50,389 nt of DNA from Chloroflexota bacterium (GCA_025454515.1 JALOOH010000001.1:1-50389); one strand, 5' to 3'; positions 25,688 through 34,166 are shown, counted from the first letter of the stretch. Made by a program: numbers and translations. The notes: generated by a model not told the origin, from the letters alone.

Positions 25688-27073
25688 TCAGGCCTCCGGG
25701 TCGCGGGCGGTGAGCTCGACGAGCCCGGGCTCGACGCGGCCGATCTGGGGCGAGAAGCCGCCGAGCGAGGTGACCCCGTCGGCGAGCTGCACGCCCGGAG
25801 CATGCGTGACGGCGAACACGAACTCGCCGGAGGGACCGGACGAGACCGCCACCGAGCGGACCCCGTCGAGGCGCCCGAGCTGCCGCTTGAAGGCCGCGAT
25901 GCTCGAGACGCTGGTGAGGCCGGTGACGACCACCTGGGAGGTCTCGACCGGCCCGCTCTCCGAGGGAGCCTCGGCCGCGGCCGGGTGGACCGGCGCCGTG
26001 AGGCCCGCGAGTCGTGCGCTGATCGAGCCGTCCGCGGCGCCCTCGCCGTCGGCCTCCGAGGCCGAGACGTCCGCGAGCGCGTCGCGTTCCGCGTCCGCGA
26101 GGTCGGGCAGCGCGGCGAGCCGCGGATCGACGTCCCCGGCTCCAGTGGCTTCCGCGTCGGCGGGCCACTCGCCGCCGTCGTCGGTGGGCGGGGACTGCGT
26201 CGTCTCCGCGACCGGCTCGCCCTGGGCCTCGACCGCGGCCGGCTCGGCCTCGGTCTCGGCCTCTCCGACCTCGGCCACCGCCATCGCCTCGGCCGCCGGC
26301 TCGTCGGCCACGCCCTCGGGCGACTCCTCGACGACCCCCGTCCCCGTCGCGCGAGCGACGACAGCGGCACGCTCCGTCTCGGAGAGGGGCGTGAACGGCG
26401 GCGGCTCGGGAAGGCTCGCCGCGAGGGCTGCGAAGCGCCCCGGATCCTCTTCGGCGATGAGCTTCTCGAAGAACGCGTCCATCTCCGTCTCGAAGGCGGA
26501 CACCTGGCCCTGGACGTTCTCGATCTCGGCCTCGACCACGGCCGCGTGGCCCTCGAGGTCCCGGTCGAGCTCGACCTTGCGCGCCGCGATCCGCTGCTCC
26601 GTCTCCTCGCGGATCCGGGCGATCTCGGCCTTGGACCACTCGCGGATCCGCGTGACGTCCTCGTCCGCGTTCCGCCGGATGGAGGTGGCCCCGTCGGCTG
26701 ACCGCGACTGGATCTCCTCGACGGCCGTCTTGCCGTCGGCCCGCAGCTGGTCCAGGGTCGCGACGCGGCCCTCCTCGGCTGCGGCATGCATCGCGCGCGT
26801 GAGCTCGGCGAGGAACCGGCTCGGCCGGCGCGCCGGGGCCGCGTCGGGCGCGGCGGCCGGTGCTCCGCCGTCCGTCGTCGCGTCGCTCGCGGCAGCGTCA
26901 CCGACGGACGGTGCCGTCTCGCCCTCCGGCGGGGGGATCTCCATGTCGTGCTGCATCTGGTTCGCCTCGGCGTCCTCTGGCGGACCGCCGCCGCCGTCGT
27001 CAGGGGCCGGCGGCTCTCGCCGGTCGCTCCACGGGAGCCGGAAGCCGGCTCGCTGCTCGGTCGTGTCCATCAT
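25688..27073 (-). CDS. Acidic coiled-coil protein with a small C-terminal alpha/beta domain (function unknown)
   Basis: Start MMDTTEQ is at 27073. The central heptad-like region is IREWSKAEIARIREETEQRIAARKVELDRDLEGHAAVVEAEIENVQGQVSAFETEMDAFFEKL, followed by a long Asp/Glu/Ala linker. The C-terminus reads VVVTGLTSVSSIAAFKRQLGRLDGVRSVAVSSGPSGEFVFAVTH. The track ORF extension to 28207 is antisense to moaA and was rejected. Confidence 0.65.
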   Translation of the reverse strand: MMDTTEQRAGFRLPWSDRREPPAPDDGGGGPPEDAEANQMQHDMEIPPPEGETAPSVGDAAASDATTDGGAPAAAPDAAPARRPSRFLAELTRAMHAAAEEGRVATLDQLRADGKTAVEEIQSRSADGATSIRRNADEDVTRIREWSKAEIARIREETEQRIAARKVELDRDLEGHAAVVEAEIENVQGQVSAFETEMDAFFEKLIAEEDPGRFAALAASLPEPPPFTPLSETERAAVVARATGTGVVEESPEGVADEPAAEAMAVAEVGEAETEAEPAAVEAQGEPVAETTQSPPTDDGGEWPADAEATGAGDVDPRLAALPDLADAERDALADVSASEADGEGAADGSISARLAGLTAPVHPAAAEAPSESGPVETSQVVVTGLTSVSSIAAFKRQLGRLDGVRSVAVSSGPSGEFVFAVTHAPGVQLADGVTSLGGFSPQIGRVEPGLVELTARDPEA

Positions 27074-27325
27074 CGAGAACCTCGTCGGCGGCCGTTCGGC
27101 CGATGCGCGCTCCCACCCGTCGCGCATCCCCGAGTCTGGCGCCGGCGCGCACCGGGGACAGGATGCCGGTGGTACCGGTACGCACCACCAGTTCGTACCG
27201 TGGCACGAAGGCGGTCGTTCGACGCACCCAGCCGCGCCAGCCGCGCTCCTCCCGCCTGTCGCGCGCCTCGTCGCACGCCATCCGCGCGCACCCCCCGGCC
27301 GCCGGCACTTGCCGATGCCGGTACG

Positions 27326-28363
27326 ATGCCCCCCATGGACGCGCCTCCCGGCGGCGCGCCGGCCCGGGACCTGCTCGGGCGGCGCCTGCACGACCTCCGG
27401 ATCTCGGTCACCGACCGCTGCAACTTCCGCTGCGTGTACTGCATGCCGGCGGAGATCTTCGGGGCCGACTTCGCCTTCGTGCCACGCGCCGAGCTCCTCT
27501 CGTACGAGGAGAGCGCACGTCTCGTCCGGATCTTCGTCCCGCTCGGCGTGGAGAAGGTCCGGATCACCGGCGGCGAGCCGCTCGTCCGCCGGGACCTGCC
27601 CGACTTCGTGGCGATGCTCTCGGCGATCCCGGGCGTGCGCGACCTGACGCTCACGACGAACGGCGCCGCGCTGCGGCGGCTCGCCGGGCCGCTCGCGGAT
27701 GCGGGCCTGCGCCGGATCACGGTGAGCCTGGATTCGCTCGATCCCGAGGTCTTCGCCCGGATGAACGGGATCGGCTTCCCCGTCTCGCGCGTCCTCGAGG
27801 GCATCGATGCCGCTCGCGAGGCCGGGCTGGCGCCCGTCAAGGTCAACACGGTCGTCCGGCGGGGCCTCAACGACGCGAGCGTCCTGCCGCTCGCGCGATG
27901 GGCGCGCGAGGCCGGCCTGACGGTCCGGTTCATCGAGTACATGGACGTCGGGCAGGCGAACGGGTGGCGGCTCGACGACGTCGTCCCCGCTTCCGAGATC
28001 GTCGACACGATCGGTCGCGAGTTCCCGCTCGAGCCCGTCGCCCCCGCATACCGCGGCGAGGTCGCGGACCGCTGGCGCTACGTGGACGGGGGCGGCGAGA
28101 TCGGCGTGATCGCGTCCGTCACGGAGCCGTTCTGCGGGGACTGCAGCCGCGCGCGCGTGTCGGCCGTCGGCGAGCTGTACACGTGCCTGTTCGGCACGCA
28201 CGGCCACGACCTCCGGTCGCTCCTCCGCGGGGGTGCGACCGACGACGAGATCCGCGCGTCGATCGTCGAGGTCTGGCGCGGCCGCGCCGACCGCTACTCG
28301 GAGATCCGGTCGGACGAGACGGAGGGCCTGCCCAGGGTCGAGATGTTCGCGATCGGCGGGTAG
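27326..28363 (+). CDS. moaA: GTP 3',8-cyclase (molybdenum cofactor biosynthesis protein A)
   Basis: Radical-SAM motif CNFRCVYCMP, then GGEPLVRRD, and the C-terminal auxiliary cluster CGDCSRARVSAVGELYTCLF. ATG is at 27326. Confidence 0.93.
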   Translation: MPPMDAPPGGAPARDLLGRRLHDLRISVTDRCNFRCVYCMPAEIFGADFAFVPRAELLSYEESARLVRIFVPLGVEKVRITGGEPLVRRDLPDFVAMLSAIPGVRDLTLTTNGAALRRLAGPLADAGLRRITVSLDSLDPEVFARMNGIGFPVSRVLEGIDAAREAGLAPVKVNTVVRRGLNDASVLPLARWAREAGLTVRFIEYMDVGQANGWRLDDVVPASEIVDTIGREFPLEPVAPAYRGEVADRWRYVDGGGEIGVIASVTEPFCGDCSRARVSAVGELYTCLFGTHGHDLRSLLRGGATDDEIRASIVEVWRGRADRYSEIRSDETEGLPRVEMFAIGG

Positions 28364-28435
28364 CCCGGCCCGAAACCGGGATCATCGGAGGCGAAGCGCC
28401 CGTCGCGGGCGGGCGGCCGAACGGAGGGTGGATCT

Positions 28436-29137
28436 GTGACCGAAGGCCAGGGAGGAGCGCCGGGGGGCGCGGGAGGCGGCGGATGGCAGCCGGAGGCACC
28501 GGCCCCGCAGGGCTCGCCGCCGGACCCGGGTGAGGCGGCCTCGCAGGCCGCGACGGGCGCGCGGAGCGCGATCGACGACGTCGGGCGGCAGATCCCCGGG
28601 AACGCGGCGGCCCAGCCGGCTCCGATGGGCCTGGTCTACGGCGACGTCCTGAGTCGCGTCGTGGCCATCATCATCGACGGGATCCTCATCGCGATCCTCA
28701 ACTTCATCGTGTTCATGGTCCTCGGGGTCTTCCTCGTCGCCGGGGGCGACGCGATCGGGCTCGGGACCAACTGGCTCTTCATCCTCGTCTCGACCGCGAT
28801 CGGGCTGCTCATCAGCGGCGCGTACTTCGTGGGCCTCTGGACCACGCGTCGGGCGACCCTGGGGATGATGGTGTTCTCGCTGCAGGTCGGGAACGAGTCC
28901 AACGGCGCCACGCTCACGACGCAGCAGGCGATCATCCGCTGGCTCCTCCTCGGCGCGGTCTTCAGCATCGCGCAGGCGTTCACCCCGGCCGGGTTCCTGA
29001 GCACGATCGTCGGGCTCGCCGCCTTCGTCTGGGTCATCGCCCTCCTGTACACGACATGGGCCAGCCCCACGAAGCAGGGGCTCCACGACAAGTACGCGCA
29101 CACCATGGTGGTGAAGTCGGTCCGCACGGTCGCCTGA
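28436..29137 (+). CDS. RDD-family membrane protein
   Basis: GTG follows GGAGGG. The Gly/Pro-rich N-terminus is followed by an RDD-type core (RVVAIIIDGILIAILNF ... TLGMMVFSLQV ... GLHDKYAHTMVV) with 3 TM helices. Confidence 0.75.
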   Translation: MTEGQGGAPGGAGGGGWQPEAPAPQGSPPDPGEAASQAATGARSAIDDVGRQIPGNAAAQPAPMGLVYGDVLSRVVAIIIDGILIAILNFIVFMVLGVFLVAGGDAIGLGTNWLFILVSTAIGLLISGAYFVGLWTTRRATLGMMVFSLQVGNESNGATLTTQQAIIRWLLLGAVFSIAQAFTPAGFLSTIVGLAAFVWVIALLYTTWASPTKQGLHDKYAHTMVVKSVRTVA

Positions 29138-29154
29138 GCCGGCCGTCCGCCCGA

Positions 29155-29189
29155 CCGAGGCCCCGCCGGCGTCGCCGGCGGGGCCTCGG
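29155..29189 (+). terminator. Strong stem-loop after the RDD gene
   Basis: Perfect 16-bp inverted repeat CCGAGGCCCCGCCGGC-gtc-GCCGGCGGGGCCTCGG, starting 18 nt after the stop codon. Confidence 0.65.
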
Positions 29190-29217
29190 CACGTCCCGTC
29201 GCCGCTGACCACCGCAC

Positions 29218-29282
29218 GGCCCCGGTCGGTTCTCGATCGGCCCCTGTCGGCCCCCGGTCGGTTCTCGGTCGGCCCCCGGTCC
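29218..29282 (+). repeat. Short degenerate tandem repeats (GGCCCC(C)GGTC / GGTTCTCG(A/G)TC units)
   Basis: GGCCCCGGTCGGTTCTCGATC is at 29218-29238 and GGCCCCCGGTCGGTTCTCGGTC at 29249-29270. Shorter GGCCCCTGTC and GGCCCCCGGTCC units lie between and after them. Confidence 0.9.
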
Positions 29283-29287
29283 GCGGA

Positions 29288-29377
29288 GTGGACCGTCCAC
29301 ACCGTTCTCCACAGGCCGTCCACGACGCCCTCCGTTCCGTGGATATCTTCGCGACGACGCGCCGCGATTTCGTGGAC
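29288..29377. promoter_or_regulatory. Cluster of GTGGAC/GTCCAC half-sites (possible operator array)
   Basis: Palindrome GTGGAC-c-GTCCAC at 29288-29300. Hairpin TCCACG(29319-24)/CGTGGA(29338-43). Further GTGGAC at 29372-29377. All lie directly upstream of a candidate -35 box. Confidence 0.35.
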
Positions 29378-29384
29378 AACCGCG

Positions 29385-29413
29385 TTGCGCCACCCTCCGG
29401 CCGCCCGTATCGT
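29385..29413 (+). promoter_or_regulatory. Candidate promoter TTGCGC-N17-TATCGT
   Basis: Hexamers at 29385-29390 and 29408-29413 with 17-nt spacing. This would give a ~320-nt leader ahead of the GTG at 29745. Confidence 0.3.
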
Positions 29414-29452
29414 TCGGTCTGCCCGAAGGGGTCCGCAGGGACAGCGGGAGCC

Positions 29453-29601
29453 GAGATCACATCAAGGCTCGGGGCCGGAGATCGCATCAAGGCCCGCGGC
29501 AGAGATCGCATCAACGCCGGTCGCGTCCCGGGCGAGGTGGCCGCCGCAAGGCGGGCGCAGCGCCGACGGAGCCGCAGGGAGCGCCGAGATCACATCAAGG
29601 C
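29453..29601 (+). repeat. Four copies of the 16-nt motif GAGATC(A/G)CATCAA(G/C)GC, each flanked by short complementary arms
   Basis: Copies lie at 29453-29468, 29478-29493, 29502-29517 and 29586-29601. Flanks pair as CCGAG/CTCGG, GGGCC/GGCCC, GGC/GCC and CGCC/GGCG, placing AGATCRCATCAA in the loops. Copies 1 and 4 also share the upstream CCGCAGGGA. Confidence 0.9.
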
Positions 29602-29744
29602 GGTCCGAGCGGAGCCGGAGCTGGTTCCTTCGGGCGCTTCCATGTCCGCCTCCGGGCGGACGGCGCCCGGCGGGACGTGGCCGGCATCCCGGTGTCTGGG
29701 ACGACCCGTCGGGCGTGGAAGCCTTCTCCCGGAGGACCGAGCGA

Positions 29745-30605
29745 GTGTCGATCGACCACGCCCGCCCCATCCATCCCGCGGACCTGCCAGAGCGTCTCGA
29801 CGCCCTCGAGGCCGCGGTCCGCGCGCGGACCCCGCTCGTCCCCCGCGTGGGCATCGTCCTCGGGTCCGGCCTCGGCGGGCTCGCCGACGACCTGGCGGAC
29901 GCGACGGCGATCCCGTTCGCCGAGCTGCCGGGCTGGCCCGCCGCCACTGCCCCCGGCCACGTCGGTCGGCTCCTCCTCGGGACCCTCGACGGCGTCCCGG
30001 TCGCCATGCTCCAGGGTCGCCTTCACGCGTACGAGGGCAATCACCCCGGGCTCGTGGTGCAGCCGGTCCTCCTCATGGGGCGGCTGGGCGCGCGGACGAT
30101 CGTCCTGACGAACGCCGCCGGCGGCCTGGATCCCGCCTTCGGCGCCGGCACGCTCATGGTCATCGCCGACCACATCAACATGACGGGCGTGACCCCCCTC
30201 CACGGTCCCAACGCCGACGCCATCGGGCCGCGCTTCCCGGATCAGACCGACACGTGGACGCCCGCGCTCCGGGCGCGACTGCACGACGCCGCCCGCGCCG
30301 AAGGGGTCGTCCTCGAGGAGGGCGTGTACGTCGGCCTGCTGGGGCCCACGTACGAGACCCCCGCCGAGGTGCGCATGCTCCGCGGCTGGGGCGGCGACGC
30401 GGTCGGGATGTCCACCGTCCTGGAAGCGATCGCGGCGCGCTGGGCTGGGCTGCGCCTCGCGGGCGTCAGTCTGGTGACGAACCCTGGCGCCGGGTACCTC
30501 GGCGAGCCCCTCTCCCACGAGGAGGTGCTGCAGGCGGGGCGCGAGGCCGGCCCGCGGCTCGCGCGCGTGCTGCGGCGCTTCGTCCGGGACCTGCCCGCCG
30601 ACTGA
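29745..30605 (+). CDS. punA: Purine nucleoside phosphorylase (PunA/PNP family)
   Basis: GTG follows GGAGGA with 8-nt spacing. Motifs: GIVLGSGLGGLAD, GHVGRLLLG, GRLHAYEG, NAAGGL, GPTYETPAE, GGDAVGMSTV. The upstream in-frame part of the track ORF (29385..) runs through the repeat array and was rejected. Confidence 0.9.
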   Translation: MSIDHARPIHPADLPERLDALEAAVRARTPLVPRVGIVLGSGLGGLADDLADATAIPFAELPGWPAATAPGHVGRLLLGTLDGVPVAMLQGRLHAYEGNHPGLVVQPVLLMGRLGARTIVLTNAAGGLDPAFGAGTLMVIADHINMTGVTPLHGPNADAIGPRFPDQTDTWTPALRARLHDAARAEGVVLEEGVYVGLLGPTYETPAEVRMLRGWGGDAVGMSTVLEAIAARWAGLRLAGVSLVTNPGAGYLGEPLSHEEVLQAGREAGPRLARVLRRFVRDLPAD

Positions 30606-30694
30606 CCCGGGCCCGGGGCGGACCGATGTCCCCCGGCTGATCCCCGCCGGCGCCTCCCCGCCCGGAGCGCGCTCTGGCCCCGGCGGCCCTCGGG

Positions 30695-31567
30695 TCAGCC
30701 CTCCGCGATGGGCAGGTCGCGCCCGGCCGCCTTCGCGGCACGCGCCTTCTCTGCCCACGCCCCGAGCACGGTGTCCTTGTGCGGTCGGATCGGGCAGTGC
30801 TCGTCGCGGTTCCCCGCCTCGTCGCAGTAGCCGAGCGGCACGCACTTGGGGGCGAGGAACGAGCCGAGGAACGGACTCACCGCGAACACCTCGTGGCGGA
30901 TGAGCTGGAAGAGCCGGCGGATCTCCCACTGCGCCATGGTGCACAGCCGCAGGCCCGACATGTGGATGAGGGCGCGGAGGTTCGTCGTCATCACGAGGTT
31001 CGTGCGCGTGGCGTTCGGGAAGACGAACCGCGCGTCCTCGCCGGGGATGCCGGCCTCCACGAGGTCGCCGTACAGTCCCAGGCCGCCGCGGATGTGCTCG
31101 TCGAAGCGGTCTCTCAGATCGTCGTCCGCCTCGGCGATCGTCGCGGGCGTCATCGTGGACGCGCCCTTGAACTTCACGTAGCGCTGGCTCTGCTGGTCGA
31201 AGGCGACGCCCGCGCGATGCCGGACGAGCTGGTGCGAGAGCGTCCGCGACACCCCACTGATGCCGAACGAGAAGACGACATGCTCGATGGTGGACCCGTG
31301 GCCGGACTCGATGACGCGGCCGATCAGCTCCCGCTGCTTCGCGGGGTCCACGCGCCCGTCCAGGGCGCGGGCCATGATCTCGTCGGGGTCCAGCTCGCTG
31401 TAGCACGTCCGGCACGCCGTGTAGATGAGCGGGACGTAGTAGCGATCGACGATCTCGCGGTCCGGGAAGAGGAGCGTCGCGCGCATGCCGAGCTCGTGGC
31501 GGCCCGGGTTGCGCGGGATCGAGCTTCGCTCGGGGGAGCCGGGGGGACGGAGCGGCTCGGCGGTCAT
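30695..31567 (-). CDS. thyX: FAD-dependent thymidylate synthase ThyX (start either 31567 or 31486)
   Basis: ThyX signature HQLVRHRAGVAFDQQSQRY, plus GHGSTIEHVVFSF and RLCTMAQWEIR. The C-terminal tail contains three Cys and one His. Confidence 0.9.
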   Translation of the reverse strand: MTAEPLRPPGSPERSSIPRNPGRHELGMRATLLFPDREIVDRYYVPLIYTACRTCYSELDPDEIMARALDGRVDPAKQRELIGRVIESGHGSTIEHVVFSFGISGVSRTLSHQLVRHRAGVAFDQQSQRYVKFKGASTMTPATIAEADDDLRDRFDEHIRGGLGLYGDLVEAGIPGEDARFVFPNATRTNLVMTTNLRALIHMSGLRLCTMAQWEIRRLFQLIRHEVFAVSPFLGSFLAPKCVPLGYCDEAGNRDEHCPIRPHKDTVLGAWAEKARAAKAAGRDLPIAEG

Positions 31568-31576
31568 GGGCGGAGT

Positions 31577-32962
31577 CTACGCGGCGCCGTCCGCAGTGCG
31601 TCGAGCCGCCGGGACGCTCTCGGCACGGCGGAACCAGAGCCAGTACAGGGCGGTCGCCACCGAGTAGAGGGCGATGATCGTCGCGAACGCGACGGTGTAG
31701 CCGAGCGAGAAGCCGAGCGTCGCCTGGAGCACGCCGTACCAGAGGCCGGCGATGACCCACCCGAGCGACCACAGGAGGTTCTGCGCGGCGGCGAGCGTCG
31801 CGCGCTCGTCCGGGCGCACCTGCTCCTGGGAGAACGCCGTGATCATCGGGCTGCCGGCGTTCATGAGCGAGTTGCGCACGGCCAGCGCGAGGACCACCGT
31901 CCAGAGCAGTGGCGACCAGCCGAGGACCACGATGAACGGGATGCTCACGGACTGGACGAGGACGACCGACCCCACCTTGCCGACGCGCCGGGCCAGGACG
32001 GGCTGGAGGAGGATCGCGAGCGTCGTCCCGAGCGCCGAGATCGCGAAGACGAGGTTGAGCGACGCGAGCGAGAGATCGAACTTCGTCTCGACGAAGACGT
32101 TGAGGAACGGGATCACCTGCCCGGCTCCCAGCGCCGTGAGGAACCCCGGGAAAAGGAGCTTGAAGAAGAGCGCGCGGTCGTGGACCACGATCCCCACGCG
32201 CGAGAGCGTCCGCGGCCGGGCGCGGTCCGCGCGCTGCGCGATCGGCTCCCCGCTCCATCCGTCACCGGCGCGCTGCTCCGCGGTCCTCGGGCGGCGCCGC
32301 GAGGGGCGGTCGTCGTGGAGCGTGAGGAGGATCGCGAAGCCCACGACGCCGAACCCGACCATGATCGCGAGGAGGACCCTGTAGACCGCGGGGTCCCCCG
32401 ACTGCAGCCCCCAGGCGCTCGAAGCGATCGCCGCCACGACCGCGCCGAGCATGGCCGCGCCGACGCCGGTGAACGTCATCGTCGCGTACTGCGCCGCGAA
32501 CAGCTCCGCCCGATGGTCGCGCGTGCTGTGCTCGGTCACGTACGGGACCGTGACCACGGCGAACGTCTGCTGGCCGGCGGCGAGGATGGCCGCCAGCACG
32601 ATGATCGCGACGGGCTCGGGGATCGCGACGAGCCCGGTCGTCGCGACCACGGTGAGCGCCACGCCCACGAGCAGGACGGCCCGTCGCCCGATGCGGTCGG
32701 AGACCGCGCTCGCGGGGAACGCGACGACCATCGCCGCGAGCGAGCCCACCGCCGCGACGACCCCGACGAACGAGTTCGTCAGGCCGAGGGACCCGAGGTA
32801 GAGGTTGAAGTCGACCCAGTAGAGGCTCTGCGCCGCGCCGACGACGAGGGTGACGACGAGGAAGCGCCGAGCGTCCGGCTCGAACGACGCGTACGCGGCC
32901 AGGGCCCCACGCAGTCGCCCATGCCGTCCGGCCATCCCGCCGCCGCTGCCGCCCACCGTCAT
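31577..32962 (-). CDS. MFS transporter
   Basis: The ATG at 32962 overlaps the upstream stop (ATGA). There are 12 predicted TM segments, with the MFS loop motif SDRIGRRAVLL. The track ORF extension to 33553 was rejected. Confidence 0.85.
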   Translation of the reverse strand: MTVGGSGGGMAGRHGRLRGALAAYASFEPDARRFLVVTLVVGAAQSLYWVDFNLYLGSLGLTNSFVGVVAAVGSLAAMVVAFPASAVSDRIGRRAVLLVGVALTVVATTGLVAIPEPVAIIVLAAILAAGQQTFAVVTVPYVTEHSTRDHRAELFAAQYATMTFTGVGAAMLGAVVAAIASSAWGLQSGDPAVYRVLLAIMVGFGVVGFAILLTLHDDRPSRRRPRTAEQRAGDGWSGEPIAQRADRARPRTLSRVGIVVHDRALFFKLLFPGFLTALGAGQVIPFLNVFVETKFDLSLASLNLVFAISALGTTLAILLQPVLARRVGKVGSVVLVQSVSIPFIVVLGWSPLLWTVVLALAVRNSLMNAGSPMITAFSQEQVRPDERATLAAAQNLLWSLGWVIAGLWYGVLQATLGFSLGYTVAFATIIALYSVATALYWLWFRRAESVPAARRTADGAA

Positions 32963-33405
32963 CGCGGCCGGGCGTCCTCCCCGGCGACCTCCTCGTCGGT
33001 CATCTCGACGAGGGCCGCCACGTAGCCCTCCCAGTGCGCAGCGTGGTCGTCGCGGTCCTTCGCCGCGAGCCCCGCCTCCGACCAGCCGTCGTGCGTGAGC
33101 GTCACCCGCGTGCCGTCCTCGCCATCCGCCAGCTCCCAGCACACGCGCGTCCGGGCCGCGGGCTCGCCGCCCCACCCCCAGGAGTACGACAGGCGCTCGC
33201 CTGGGACCACGTCGAGCAGCTCCCCGCGCATGACGTCGCCGCCGCCGAAGTCGAGGACGTAGGCGTCGCCCGCCGACCCGACCGGGCCGACGTGCGTGAA
33301 CCACCGCTCCACGAGCGCCGGGTCGGTGAGCGCCGCCCACGTCGCGGCCCTGTCGGTCGCGAGCTCCGCGCGGATGACCATGGGCTGCACGCGCGATCCG
33401 GGCAT
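32959..33405 (-). CDS. SRPBCC-superfamily protein (AHSA1/START-like)
   Basis: The 148-aa ORF matches the typical AHSA1 pattern (RAATWAALTDPALVERWF ... LSYSWGW ... TRVTLTHDGW). It is coupled to the MFS gene. Confidence 0.7.
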   Translation of the reverse strand: MPGSRVQPMVIRAELATDRAATWAALTDPALVERWFTHVGPVGSAGDAYVLDFGGGDVMRGELLDVVPGERLSYSWGWGGEPAARTRVCWELADGEDGTRVTLTHDGWSEAGLAAKDRDDHAAHWEGYVAALVEMTDEEVAGEDARPR

Positions 33406-33536
33406 CGTGTACCTCCACGCGGGGACGGATGGTCGCGCCCCATGCTACCGGGCCGGCCGCCCCGCGGCCGACCGCCCACCACGGGTACCCTGTGTCGGCG
33501 CGACACGCGGAAGTGCACGCGCAGCACGGGGGAGGG

Positions 33537-34166
33537 ATGGACCGGGCCTTCATCGCGGGGGTCGTCGCCGGCTACGGGATCGCGATCCCGGTCGGGGCGA
33601 TCGCCGTCCTCATCATCGACGCCGGGCTCCGGCACGGCTTCCGGACGGCCGTCGCGGCGGGCGCCGGCGCCGCGGGCGCGGACGTCCTGTACGCGACGGT
33701 CGCGGCGATCTTCGGCGCCGCGCTCGCCCAGGTGCTCGAGCCGATCGCCGTGCCGCTCCGCGTCGCGAGCGTGGTCCTCCTGGTGGCGATCGGCGCCCGC
33801 GGCCTCCTCGCGGCCCGGCGCGACGCGCGCACCGAGCCGGGAGCCGTGACGCTCCCGCCGGGCGCGGCGCGGACGTTCACCACGTTCCTCGGGCTGACGC
33901 TGCTCAACCCGATGACCGTCGTGTACTTCGCCGCACTGATCCTCGGGCTCGCGTCGACGGGCGCCGGCCCCGCGGAGAAGGCCGCCTTCGTCGCGGGCGC
34001 AGGGCTCGCCTCGCTCTCGTGGCAGGAGCTCATCGCGTTCGTCGGCTCGCGGCTCCACCGGCGCCTCTCACCCCGCGCCCGCGCCGCGACCGGGATCCTC
34101 GGGAACCTCGTCGTCATCGGGCTCGCCGTGTCGATCGCGATCCCCCTCGTCGCCGGGTCCGGCTAG
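33537..34166 (+). CDS. LysE-family amino-acid exporter
   Basis: ATG follows GGGGGAGGG. The ~209-aa ORF has 5-6 TM segments and the motif FLGLTLLNPMTVVYF. Confidence 0.75.
   Translation: MDRAFIAGVVAGYGIAIPVGAIAVLIIDAGLRHGFRTAVAAGAGAAGADVLYATVAAIFGAALAQVLEPIAVPLRVASVVLLVAIGARGLLAARRDARTEPGAVTLPPGAARTFTTFLGLTLLNPMTVVYFAALILGLASTGAGPAEKAAFVAGAGLASLSWQELIAFVGSRLHRRLSPRARAATGILGNLVVIGLAVSIAIPLVAGSG

Noticed and set aside
29453-29601. Possible miniature CRISPR array (regularly spaced repeats)
   Set aside because: The repeats are only 16 nt with 8-9 nt spacers, far below CRISPR dimensions. There are only 4 copies, one of them displaced by 84 nt, and there are no cas genes in the window. It is reported instead as an unexplained motif array.
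29190-29744. Possible MITE, IS remnant or hidden small gene in the long intergenic gap
   Set aside because: I could not find terminal inverted repeats with target-site duplications, a transposase fragment, tRNA/tmRNA/RNase P/SRP signatures, or an ORF with plausible composition. The Actino-pnp RNA motif is associated with polynucleotide phosphorylase rather than punA, and I cannot match it.
30695-30860. Cys/His-containing C-terminal extension of ThyX (CVPLGYCDEAGNRDEHCPIRPH) as a possible novel metal-binding domain
   Set aside because: I recall similar Cys-containing C-terminal segments in some ThyX homologs, so this is probably a subfamily feature. It would need an alignment to judge and is not strong enough to report as a finding.
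29595-32258. 887-aa minus-strand ORF, and the plus-strand ORFs 29288..30640 and 30779..33025
   Set aside because: They overlap punA, thyX and the MFS gene in wrong frames or on the wrong strand. They have no motifs and an Arg/Pro/Gly-rich composition.
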